Notes under the pieces: generated by a model | What the model saw: the letters and a program-made list of their open reading frames with translations, nothing else | Told to the model about the DNA's origin: nothing | The model's database searches: none | Made by a program: the position numbers and the translations under genes | Assembly (NCBI GenBank): GCA_030167865.1 | Contig: JALAGF010003725.1 | Location: 1 to 58,991, forward strand | Source: Craspedostauros australis | Lineage: Eukaryota | Direction: 5' to 3' | Length of the DNA: 58,991 nt | In this document: piece after piece, positions 31,455 to 41,090 of the stretch | How positions within the stretch are numbered: position 1 is the stretch's first letter | Layout: every line of letters begins with the position of its first letter

Positions 31455-33242
31455 TCAGCCGTAGCAATGATACAGATCGACGGATCCGTGCGGCGTGTGC
31501 GGACGAATGGGCGCGAACCGACGACGCCGACGACGGCGCGTGGCGGCCGTGGAGATGCCGCCCATGTTCCATCGCACGAGCGGGTTGGATGACATCTTCT
31601 TGCGCTGCTGTTGCGTGCATTCCTTGAGGTACTGCAGCAGGAGCATGGAGGAGGACAGGGACGGTGAGTGGTGGGCGCCTGACGGCGATGACGTCAGATC
31701 GGCGAGCTGGTACGGCGTGACCTTCGTCTTGGTCTCGACCATGAGGGCGGTGGGGTAGGCCTCGATGAGGACCTTCAGGACGTCATGACGCAGGTTGGCT
31801 TGGTTGCAGGCCAGATGCAACGGCAGGTAGCCCGTGCGGTCGGGGCATTGCAGGGCGCCGGGGTAGGCCTGGATGCAGGCACGGATGTTGCGCACGACGT
31901 GGCATGTGCCGTCATTCTCCGCGGTCGATGCGTCGTCCTCGATGGTGCCGATGCTGGAGGCGCACGACTGCGCGGTTGCCGAGACGGTGGAGGGCAGTTC
32001 ATCGGATGCAGCGGGTGCGTTGCCGAGACTGCTGCCGACGCTGCCTCCACTTCCGACGCGCGTGGACTTGCGAGCGGCGGCCTTGAGGAGGTGGGAGGTG
32101 CAGTTGGGGTGGTATCGTCGCAGCGAGGTTCGCTTCTTGGTCTTCTGCGCGAGCTCGGGCATGAGCGTGTTGGACGATGAGCCGGGCACGTCCAGCCAGC
32201 AGCTCGCCGCCAGCAGATGCAGGGGCCAGCGTTCGCGGTGGTTTGCCTTTCGCGCGCCATCGGGGTTGGCGTCGAGCAGGAACTGGAAGAGGCTCTCTTG
32301 CTGGCCTTCCGTGACGTAGTCGCTGTGACCGCTTTGCGTCGCACCGTCGGCTCCCTTCATTTCGATGTGATGGTTCTGGTACATGGCGGCGTAGTGCAGT
32401 GGGAGGTTGCCCTGGCTGTCGGCCTGCAGGCCGGCCTCGGGGTAGGCGTCCAGGATGCACTTCGTGACTTGCAGGGAGCATCCCTTCAGAAGGCACATGT
32501 GCAACGGCAGACGCTTTCCCTTGGAGTCCGGGATGGCGGCGATGTTTGCTTGTCCGCAGGCGGATGCCTCCAACAGGGCGCTGACGACCCTGACGGGAAG
32601 CCGTGGGCCCACCTTGAGGATGAGGCGGTGCAGCATCGTGCCTTCCTCCTTCTCGCCTTGGCACGTGAGCAGGGACATCTTGTGCAGAAGCGAGTCTTTG
32701 TCGTCACGCTTGGCACCACCTTCGAATACGAACATGGCGATGAGATCGGACCACTTCTGTCGATCCATGGCCTTCGTCATGGCTTCCAGCGTGCATGGCT
32801 GTTTCTGTTCGGTCGGTGACACAGCGTGCAACGGAGATGCAAGGTCGATCGGTAGCGGCAAGATGTGCGATGGAACAGAGACGGACAGCGAGGTGGCTGG
32901 ATGCGCCGCAACGGGGCTCCACACGCAACCCTCACGGTCCTCGCGCTGCTCCAGATCGTCGCTGTTGACGGAGCTTTCCGTTTCCGGCATGATGCGCACC
33001 GTCTGTTGGCCTTGTGGGATGACCACCACGGAGATTGAGTTCTCTTCGTGCACCATCAGTTCGTGTGCGTTGTCGCTGTTGCTGCTAGTGTTGCTGGTTC
33101 GGTTGGTGGCTTCCAAGTCCTTGCTGGAGTTCGCACGCAGTTCGATGGCTTCAATGGAAGCGTCGGATGGGATGTAGGAGCGGCTTCCGACTCGAAAGTT
33201 CTTGTGCTGCTGAATCGAACAACGATCTGGTGAGACTGTCAT
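31455..33242 (-). CDS. Ankyrin-like repeat protein (diatom-expanded G.LPLH.A type), ~595 aa
   Basis: Repeats KRLPLHMCL..., CILDAYPEAGLQADSQGNLPLHYAA, LLDANPDGARKANHRERWPLHLLA, CIQAYPGALQCPDRTGYLPLHLAC, VLIEAYPTAL..TPYQLA. Probable start MTVSP at 33242; the upstream in-frame part is repeat-rich UTR. Confidence 0.85.
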   Translation of the reverse strand: MTVSPDRCSIQQHKNFRVGSRSYIPSDASIEAIELRANSSKDLEATNRTSNTSSNSDNAHELMVHEENSISVVVIPQGQQTVRIMPETESSVNSDDLEQREDREGCVWSPVAAHPATSLSVSVPSHILPLPIDLASPLHAVSPTEQKQPCTLEAMTKAMDRQKWSDLIAMFVFEGGAKRDDKDSLLHKMSLLTCQGEKEEGTMLHRLILKVGPRLPVRVVSALLEASACGQANIAAIPDSKGKRLPLHMCLLKGCSLQVTKCILDAYPEAGLQADSQGNLPLHYAAMYQNHHIEMKGADGATQSGHSDYVTEGQQESLFQFLLDANPDGARKANHRERWPLHLLAASCWLDVPGSSSNTLMPELAQKTKKRTSLRRYHPNCTSHLLKAAARKSTRVGSGGSVGSSLGNAPAASDELPSTVSATAQSCASSIGTIEDDASTAENDGTCHVVRNIRACIQAYPGALQCPDRTGYLPLHLACNQANLRHDVLKVLIEAYPTALMVETKTKVTPYQLADLTSSPSGAHHSPSLSSSMLLLQYLKECTQQQRKKMSSNPLVRWNMGGISTAATRRRRRRRFAPIRPHTPHGSVDLYHCYG

Positions 33243-35032
33243 GATCCAGTGGAGTCTGTGCTGGGCTTTTTGTGTGCTTGTGTGCTTGTGTGCCTGTGTG
33301 CCTGTGTGCTTGTGGGTGTGCTTGTGGTAGAGTATTAGCACACTGATTACGAGTACGTGTACGTGTACGAGCAACAATTGTATGGATGCTTCTGTGTCGT
33401 TCACTATCTGTGCTATTGTGACAGTGATGACGAGACACCACGGATTCGATCAGATGCGTGTGCGGAAAGGCAGTTGCGGCTTTACGATCAGGCCAACGCA
33501 AAGTGTGGAGAGCGCGTGTTTGGTTTTGCTTTTGTGTATGGACGTGTCAGCTGGAATGAACGGGGCAGATGCTGTCTTCAACGAGTATCGTGACGAATGG
33601 GCTGAGATGGCCGGAGAATTGGTGGTGGACGGACCAAGAAGACGAATTTCACGGATGTGTTCTGCGGGAAGATTGTGCGTCCCTGGTGATGCAATTCGGC
33701 CTGCCTGGTGTCTGTTTCGTGTCAAGAGAGGAGACCGTTCAGGGATGTTGATGGCTGTCACCATAGGATGGTGGTTGTTGTGTCACGTCCACTCGTGGAA
33801 CACTGATAAGAATCTGTTTTGTAGTGGTGATGGAGATTCTCGAAAGGAGCGGAAGATGTGATCCTGTGACTTGGTTGGTGCGGGAAACGTTCGTTTTAGC
33901 GAGGGGGAGCGGATTGGATTGTGTTCAATTTGTGTGCGGTTGGTGAAGGGTGATCGTCTTAATTTTGGCTTGTGGGAGGGGAAGACAGAGAAAGTACTCG
34001 AAGTACAGCCCAAGATTGTGTGCGTGTTTGTGACAAGACAGCGTTCGGCCTAGGCAGGTGCGAGACATTTTGTGTGCTCTAACGCAAAGCGCATCTCCAA
34101 TTTCGTTGGTGGAATGGTTGGGTGGACGCTGTTTGATTCGGTGCGGCTTCACACGTTTTCGCTTTCTCGCAAGGCGCAGCCCATTACGGAACGACGCATG
34201 CAAACGCGTGCGACCCATGTTCCGCTTCTGCGGTTCACACTCGGTTTAGTGTGTGCGCTGTGTCAGAAATCAGGGACTGCCAACGCACCCTTCCAGAAGT
34301 GGATGTCTTGTTCTGCGACAGTTTGGTTCGCGCTGTCTTTCGCAAATCTCTGGTTGGGCCTTGCAAAATGTGATGCCGGAAGATTGGTTCATTTTGAACG
34401 CGGAGTATCGATTCCGTGGCGTCAGAATCTCTGTCATTCAAGAACGCAAAGTCTTGGCGTTGTCATGAGGCTTATGTGCATGTTTATCCGCTGTGTTCCG
34501 ACTACTATATATCTTCCTGAACTATCCTGGTCGCGGTCGGATTCGTGGGATCGCCAATGGATAGTACTTCAACACCTTTGTCCACAGAAACGAAAATGCA
34601 CTCTCCAAACCGTGTGTTGGGATCTCGGAGGAATTGGATCACGCAGAAGCAGAACGCGAAAGGGAAAGCTCGTGATTGTTCTTCTTCAATGGTTGATTCG
34701 ATCGACTTCTTCGGAACGAAATCGAGTTCTTGTCTTTCTTGTTGTCGGAGTGAATTTCGATCCATTCGATTCAAACAGAACGAAGCGACGGTTTGGACGC
34801 GCCAGAATGATGGCGGCAACAAACGAACGCGACAGCCAAACCCAAACAAAGAGACACGGCAGACGAGAACATCGGAATGAAGCAAGAAGATTCCACAAAC
34901 AATAAGAGGCCACAAACAAGACAACCATAGACAGAAAGGAAGAAGGACACAAGAAGAGTTGGACAACAGTAACACCAACAGAATCATCCACCTCCATACT
35001 ATACTTCCAACAACAACACAACAACAACAACC

Positions 35033-37720
35033 ATGTCCCTTGCAGCCACAGCATCAGGAAGATCATCACTGGATGATCAAGGCCCGCAGACATCAACTGA
35101 ACTGGTGTCAAAGGCATCCAGAGTGGATCCAATGGATTGCGACGATGGTGACGATGGCGACAATGGCGAGAGCCAGAATGGCATGCCAACTGCGAGATTG
35201 GGAGCCAGCGCGGCCATGGCAATGCCTCCGTCACATTCGCAGCCAGAACACCTCGTCCAGCTGCGCTGCGAGTCGGCGCGCAACATGGCCACCCTGCTGC
35301 ACTGCCTGAAGGACGTCTCCGCCGTTGCCTCCACCACCGATGAGCACCAGCAACAGCAGCGCTTCAAGAGCAGACGCACCAGCTCCCGCCACCGCATGCA
35401 GCCCGTCAGCGTGTACTGCACGCCAAAGGGCCTCACGTTCCACGTCTCCACCACCAGCAAGCAGTCGCAGGCATCCGTCGAGTGGCCAGCGGGATTGTGC
35501 AGCTTCTACGAGGTCTGCTCCAATCCCATCGACACCACGCAAGGCACGAACCAGACGGACATGCTCAACAGCGACGGCGGCGAGTTCTGCGTCAACCTCA
35601 CCACCTTGCTGGATTGCATGTCGATCGTCGTGGACAACAACACGCACCAATCCAGCGTGTCCGGCGGCGGCAAGCGCAGCCTGCCCGTGGAGATGTCCTG
35701 GAGCTATTCGATGGAACGAGAGCTGCTCAAGATGGAGCTGGATCCGCATGGCGCATCCGCCGGACACAGCTGGTTGTGCACGGCTGCCATTCCGGGCATG
35801 GAACCACCGGATGATTCGGATCAAGCCTCGAATCACACGCGCAACATGGTCACGGTCTTCGCGTCGCATCCGGTAACGGCGTGCATCCTGGCGCCATCGC
35901 AGCTGTTCGAAGGCATCGTGACGGAGCTGCAGATGGCATCCGGTGCGACCACAGTCACCATTCGCATGGGATACTTGGGTCATTCGACGAACACGCGTTC
36001 CAGCAGAAGCCGTCGCGGTGGCGGTCACAACGACCGTCTCGTCTTGGAATTCGTCGCCAAGGGATACACCGGCCAGTGCGTCATGCAGCTGACGGACACC
36101 TCGGGGACATGGACGTTGAACAAGGACGCCGTCGCGATGCACAGCAACGGCAGCGAGGATGACAATCAATCATTGCGATCCAATCATCCCGAGTACATCC
36201 AGCATTCCTATTCGCTGGCCTCCGTGCTGCAGTCCATGCGGCCGTTGGATTTGGCACAAGAAACTTGCCTCTCCATCAACGCCGTGGGCATGATGGCTGT
36301 CCAGCACCGCATCCTGTTTGACAACGCCAGTCCGGAAGATGAACAATCCACACCTGCCTTCTGCGATTTCGTCCTCTGCTCGTTGCGCAATGACGACGAT
36401 GACAGCGACAACGACGGCGGCGGTGCCGTGTTTGGCAGAGGCGATCTCGATGATTTCCTCGATGCTTCTCAGAGCTCTCGTGGGATCGTGAGCGCAGGAG
36501 CATCCAGCACTGCCGATGGTGATGGTGATAGACACAGGTACGGCACTCATGATGGCGATGATGAAGATGCCAATATCGTCGGCATGGATGGCGATGACGA
36601 TGACGATGTGGACAACGATGCCGTAGGTGTGCGCGCAACAGGATCAAGCCCAGGTTCAAGCCGAAGCAAAACATCATCTCAGCGCAAGCGAAAGCAAACG
36701 CAAAAGAGCACGAACACAAATACAAACACAAACACTTCTCAATCACAGACAACGGTGTCAGCCGACAATGATGACAGCACTCTACCGTCGCATCAGTCCG
36801 ACATGAACGCATCCGGATTCAGCAGATCCAGTCCCATAACACGCTCAACGCGTTCCACTCCCTCAAACAAGTCCAAGGGTGATGTTTCTGTGTCGGCTGG
36901 ATCGAACCGGCGTGCAAGGAAGCGTGCCACTGGAAGCAGCAGCAACAGCAACAAGGGAAGTCAGCGTGTCAGCACCACAGAAGATGACAAGACGAGAACA
37001 GACGACGAAGAGTACGAATTTGATGACAACTACGGCAAGAGCCAACAGCAGAGTGGTGATGAAGAAGAGGAGGAGGAGGAAGAAGAAGAAACGCAAGTGG
37101 ATCCACCAGTGGCAGCTCCATTATTTGGAACCGTCGCATCCATTGCGGAACCATCCACATCCGCTACCCAACGTCGCCAGCGTCGTCGCTTGGATGGGCG
37201 GTCCAGCAGTGCAAGCAACGCCGACTCCAAGCGACCTGGCCGAACATCCAGCAAGTCCATGCAGAGCTCCCAAACACCAGCATCATCCGCCACGACCCAA
37301 ACACCAGCGACTCCCAACACCCCTCGCGGTTCGGCCTCCAGCCCATCCAAGCGCAAGACACGCAGCGCCACGAAGAAGAGGAGAGGCTCCGATGCGGACG
37401 GTGAAGACGGCAAGGCCAACAGCAACGATGGTGACAATCTGTCCGTCGATCTGTTTGGAGGCGACAGCGATGAGTCGGACTTGGACGATGATGACATGGA
37501 TGACGACGAGGACGACATGAACGAAGACGAGGAGGAAGATGGCGACAACGATGATGACGATTACGATGGCGAAGAAGACCAAGACGGTGAAGCGACTGTG
37601 AGCGCCGAAGGGACAGATCTCACATCGTCAGCACAAGGCAACAGAAGCAGCAAACGCCGCAGCCGTCGATCGTATGCGGAGGATCGTTACTGCTCATCTC
37701 CGGAGATGGTCTATGATTAA
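35033..37720 (+). CDS. RAD1: RAD1/Rec1/Rad17 subunit of the 9-1-1 checkpoint clamp with a long acidic C-terminal extension, 895 aa
   Basis: PCNA-like Rad1 pattern: ARNMATLLHCL, KGLTFHV..SKQSQASV, FYEV, FCVNLTTLLDCMSI, LEFVAKGYTGQC, HSYSLASVLQSMRPLDLAQETCLSINAVGMMAVQH, AFCDFVLCS. The following ~440 aa are low-complexity. Confidence 0.85.
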   Translation: MSLAATASGRSSLDDQGPQTSTELVSKASRVDPMDCDDGDDGDNGESQNGMPTARLGASAAMAMPPSHSQPEHLVQLRCESARNMATLLHCLKDVSAVASTTDEHQQQQRFKSRRTSSRHRMQPVSVYCTPKGLTFHVSTTSKQSQASVEWPAGLCSFYEVCSNPIDTTQGTNQTDMLNSDGGEFCVNLTTLLDCMSIVVDNNTHQSSVSGGGKRSLPVEMSWSYSMERELLKMELDPHGASAGHSWLCTAAIPGMEPPDDSDQASNHTRNMVTVFASHPVTACILAPSQLFEGIVTELQMASGATTVTIRMGYLGHSTNTRSSRSRRGGGHNDRLVLEFVAKGYTGQCVMQLTDTSGTWTLNKDAVAMHSNGSEDDNQSLRSNHPEYIQHSYSLASVLQSMRPLDLAQETCLSINAVGMMAVQHRILFDNASPEDEQSTPAFCDFVLCSLRNDDDDSDNDGGGAVFGRGDLDDFLDASQSSRGIVSAGASSTADGDGDRHRYGTHDGDDEDANIVGMDGDDDDDVDNDAVGVRATGSSPGSSRSKTSSQRKRKQTQKSTNTNTNTNTSQSQTTVSADNDDSTLPSHQSDMNASGFSRSSPITRSTRSTPSNKSKGDVSVSAGSNRRARKRATGSSSNSNKGSQRVSTTEDDKTRTDDEEYEFDDNYGKSQQQSGDEEEEEEEEEETQVDPPVAAPLFGTVASIAEPSTSATQRRQRRRLDGRSSSASNADSKRPGRTSSKSMQSSQTPASSATTQTPATPNTPRGSASSPSKRKTRSATKKRRGSDADGEDGKANSNDGDNLSVDLFGGDSDESDLDDDDMDDDEDDMNEDEEEDGDNDDDDYDGEEDQDGEATVSAEGTDLTSSAQGNRSSKRRSRRSYAEDRYCSSPEMVYD

Positions 37721-37769
37721 TTGTATTTTATTATTAGTAGGTACTATGACATATGGAAATACTGTACGT

Positions 37770-37812
37770 ATGCAAGAGCACGGCGATGCAAGAGCACGGC
37801 GATGCAAGAGCA
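37770..37812. repeat. 16-bp tandem repeat (ATGCAAGAGCACGGCG) x~2.7 in the RAD1 3' flank
   Basis: Read directly from the sequence. Confidence 0.85.
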
Positions 37813-39074
37813 GAACATGGCCTACGACCTGTGAGTATTGCGACTCAGCTTCGCGAAAGTCGGTATGACAGGCCCAATTTGTGAGCACCGATGTTGGGAG
37901 GGTGTTGCACACACAAATGGTTCCCCCATAACATGTTGTTCGTATGACGTCATTGCGTCACCTTCACCTGAGAACTGAAAAGCATCTCCAACATCAAGAT
38001 CGATCTACGTACCGGCTCTTGTTGCGTCATCATGTGTCAGTTGTGTAAATGTTGTGTCTTGTGTGAGGTTACAGGAACGTCAACTCGCGGGTGTGCCAAG
38101 GAGAGAAAGAAAGCTCATGGTCGTGCACACGAATGGCTGTCAACCTCATAGTAGTACTCGCTTGTAGCAGTGCGCCAATGCGTCATTTTAGACTCCTGTT
38201 TTGCACGTTTCCTGTTGCGTCCGATGGTTGGGGAGCCGCTCTCCGATCTATCCTCAACAGCGTCGGTATCGTGCGTAATAGTACCGGTGTGGACGTTATC
38301 ATGCATCCGAACAGCCATGAGAACCAACAAGCACGCACATGGTCCACAGATCTTCTCTGATCTCTCTCTCTCTCGCACACACACTTGTCTTTGTGTCAGT
38401 CAGCATTGCCCCTGTTTACTGACAACGATTGAGTCACACAGACACGAATACATCAATGTTTTTGGTGAGATTGTTCGTGTGTTGCATCGGCAGGCTCGTG
38501 TCCGCGTTCGCGCACCCGGCCACCCAAGAGCGCCTGAGTCGTTTTTCAATGACGCTGGCCTTGTCTCATGACGATACTGCGACAGGCAAGGACCAATGGA
38601 GGCTCACGATTGATTGGTTGAATGACGAAGGTGAGCGGAAGTTGGGAAATGATTTTTGTGGAGAGCCGCCGACAACGAGAATGGCGGCACATTGATGGGC
38701 AGAAGAGAAACAAATGAACACGTGCATGTGCACAAGAGCCATTGGTGCGTACGACTGCTCGTGTCATAGGTACTAGACGACGCTCAACTCTGCTCTCCTC
38801 TGCTCAGGTGGGCCGTATCTGCGGAGAGGGAGAGGAGCTGAGCAGAGACGCTCCCACTCACCAACCTCACTTCGTATCACACGATCGCTCATCTCGTCTC
38901 GTCTCGTTGCATCAGATCAGCACATCAGATCGTTCCAGAAGCATTGGGATCACAAGCATCCCTCTGTATTCGTCCAAGCATTGATCGTTCCGCACATTCT
39001 TCTCATCTGCCACCGACCACAGCTAGCTATCAGGAGCAACATACAACATATAATATATAATATAGAATACAACC

Positions 39075-41090
39075 ATGATGAGAGATGCAACTCTGCTGAA
39101 GCACCGCTTTGCTTCCGCAGGCACAGAGAGCGGCACCAGCACACCAGCGTGCAGCATTGCGCTGTCGTCGAAACAGCACAAGCCGCAGTACGGCAGGGAG
39201 AGCTTCTCCGCTCTCAACCACACCAGCGACGATACATTCTCGGTCGCGACCGCCGCAACGGCCAGCCATTCCACTCTGCACGATCACGGCAGCGATAGCA
39301 CCAACAATGATGGCGACGACGATATCTACGTGCGTGCATCCAGGTTGACGAACGGCAAGGACCCAAGGACGAAGCAGCGCCATCGAGACTTGCTGCCAAG
39401 TCGAGTCTTCAAAGGGCGCGCCTTCTCGTCGGTGTCGTCCTTGTGGAAGATGTGGGTCAGTGCGCTCGTGCTGTGTGCGGTGATCCTCGTTGTCGTCAGT
39501 CAGATGTCCAAGTCGTCAGATCGTACCAACGGTTTTGCGCGAAGGACCCTGATGGCCGATCACGATACTGCGGATGCCAACACGCAAAGGACCGAGAGTG
39601 TGGCAACCTCCGCAAGTGCGGTTGCAAACGTGACATCCGATGGGGAAGATACCAGACGTTCCCATCTGCGTGTGTCGTCCACGGCTCACGCGCAGACCGA
39701 ATATTACACGCCACGAACGTACTACCACGAGCTGCGAACGAAAGTGCGTGCGGCCAAGCCAGGTCGCAGCATATCAACGCCCGACCAACCGACCTACCTG
39801 CCGACACGGCCAAGAACCGTCGGTGTCTATTTCGATGCCAACCTGCCCAATACGATCGCTGGAATAGAAATCATCGATCCCAACATGATCCTGAGACCGA
39901 GCCTGCGTCTGGATCCGTTGAACACAGAGAGATCCGACGGTCAGGAAGCGCAGTTCTTCGATCTTACTTCCCAATCCAGCGACGACGGCGACGCCTGGGA
40001 TGATGGTTCGCCTGATCCCGTCGAGTACAACGACTGCAAGCTGCAGCAGGATTGGCAGAAGAAGTCCTTCCCAACCTGCAACATCGTCCTGGAGCAGGAC
40101 ATGACGTCTGCCAACCCGGACAACATCAAGGACACACACGCGCCGGTGAAGTTTCTCGCTCACGGCTTTTGGAGGGACGTTTGGCGTGTGAAGGCAGATC
40201 TGAGAGAGGAGGATAGCTACGGAGGCAGGTCGGTGCTGAAGACCCTGCGCTACGAACACGATTTCATCGAACGCAACGCCGAGCGCCATCGCATCGACGC
40301 GTTGGCCATGGAACGGTTGACGCACTCACCCTACATCATGGACATCTACGCCTTCTGTGGCAACTCGGGTCTCTTCGAGTACGCGGACTCCGGATCCATC
40401 GGGGACGTCGTATTCGACGAAGAGGAGGAGGAGAAGCAGAACTGGACCTCCTTGGAACGCTTCACGGCTGCTTACCAGGCCACTGCAGGTGTGGCGGCCT
40501 TCCACAACATCGACGGAAATGGCGTGGCCAGCATTGCGCACACCGACATCTCCACCTCGCAGTTTGTCTACGTGTCGCAGCAGGGCGTGTACAAGCTCAA
40601 CGACTTCAACCGCGCCAAGTTCATCACGCAGGACACGAAGACTGGGGAATCCTGCCCATTCACGGTGCCCGGCAATCCGGGCATCTTCCGGTCGCCCGAG
40701 GAGTATTCGGAGACGTACCCGTACATCGAGACCGAGAAGGTGGACGTCTACAGCCTTGGCAACGTGATGTACGCCATCCTCACGGGTCTGTGGCCCTTCG
40801 ACGACAATGAGGACAGCTCGGATGTTCGGGACTTGATCCGCAAAGGAAAGAGGCCTCCGATCCCAGACGAATTTATCGACAGCGGAGATCCCTATTATCA
40901 ATCCTTGGTGGAATCCATCGCCATGGCATGGCGTCAGGATGCCAACAAACGTGCGTCAGCCCAAGAGATCCTCCATCACATGGACGGGGTGCGTGACCGG
41001 CAGCAGAAGCACGAACACAAGCATGAACACAAGCATGAACACAAGCACGAACACGAACACAAGCAGGGACACAAGCACACGGCTATTTAA
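39075..41090 (+). CDS. Type II membrane protein kinase with a predicted lumenal kinase domain (PKDCC/VLK-POMK-like), 671 aa
   Basis: Single TM MWVSALVLCAVILVVVSQM near aa 125-145, stem, then kinase: FLAHGFWRDVW (Gly loop), VLKT, HTDISTSQF (catalytic loop ending xQF), KLNDFN, FRSPEE, EKVDVYSLGN, W..D..KR.SA. C-terminal (HEHK)n tail. Confidence 0.88.
   Translation: MMRDATLLKHRFASAGTESGTSTPACSIALSSKQHKPQYGRESFSALNHTSDDTFSVATAATASHSTLHDHGSDSTNNDGDDDIYVRASRLTNGKDPRTKQRHRDLLPSRVFKGRAFSSVSSLWKMWVSALVLCAVILVVVSQMSKSSDRTNGFARRTLMADHDTADANTQRTESVATSASAVANVTSDGEDTRRSHLRVSSTAHAQTEYYTPRTYYHELRTKVRAAKPGRSISTPDQPTYLPTRPRTVGVYFDANLPNTIAGIEIIDPNMILRPSLRLDPLNTERSDGQEAQFFDLTSQSSDDGDAWDDGSPDPVEYNDCKLQQDWQKKSFPTCNIVLEQDMTSANPDNIKDTHAPVKFLAHGFWRDVWRVKADLREEDSYGGRSVLKTLRYEHDFIERNAERHRIDALAMERLTHSPYIMDIYAFCGNSGLFEYADSGSIGDVVFDEEEEEKQNWTSLERFTAAYQATAGVAAFHNIDGNGVASIAHTDISTSQFVYVSQQGVYKLNDFNRAKFITQDTKTGESCPFTVPGNPGIFRSPEEYSETYPYIETEKVDVYSLGNVMYAILTGLWPFDDNEDSSDVRDLIRKGKRPPIPDEFIDSGDPYYQSLVESIAMAWRQDANKRASAQEILHHMDGVRDRQQKHEHKHEHKHEHKHEHEHKQGHKHTAI
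41007..41079 (+). repeat. Coding 12-bp repeat encoding (KHEH)n His-rich tail
   Basis: AAGCAyGAACAC units translate to KHEHKHEHKHEHKHEHEHKQGHKH. Confidence 0.9.

Noticed and set aside
34072-34905. 277-aa intergenic ORF between the ankyrin-like gene and RAD1
   Set aside because: Non-ATG start, no motifs, no coding-like codon bias; it runs into the A/C-rich RAD1 leader.
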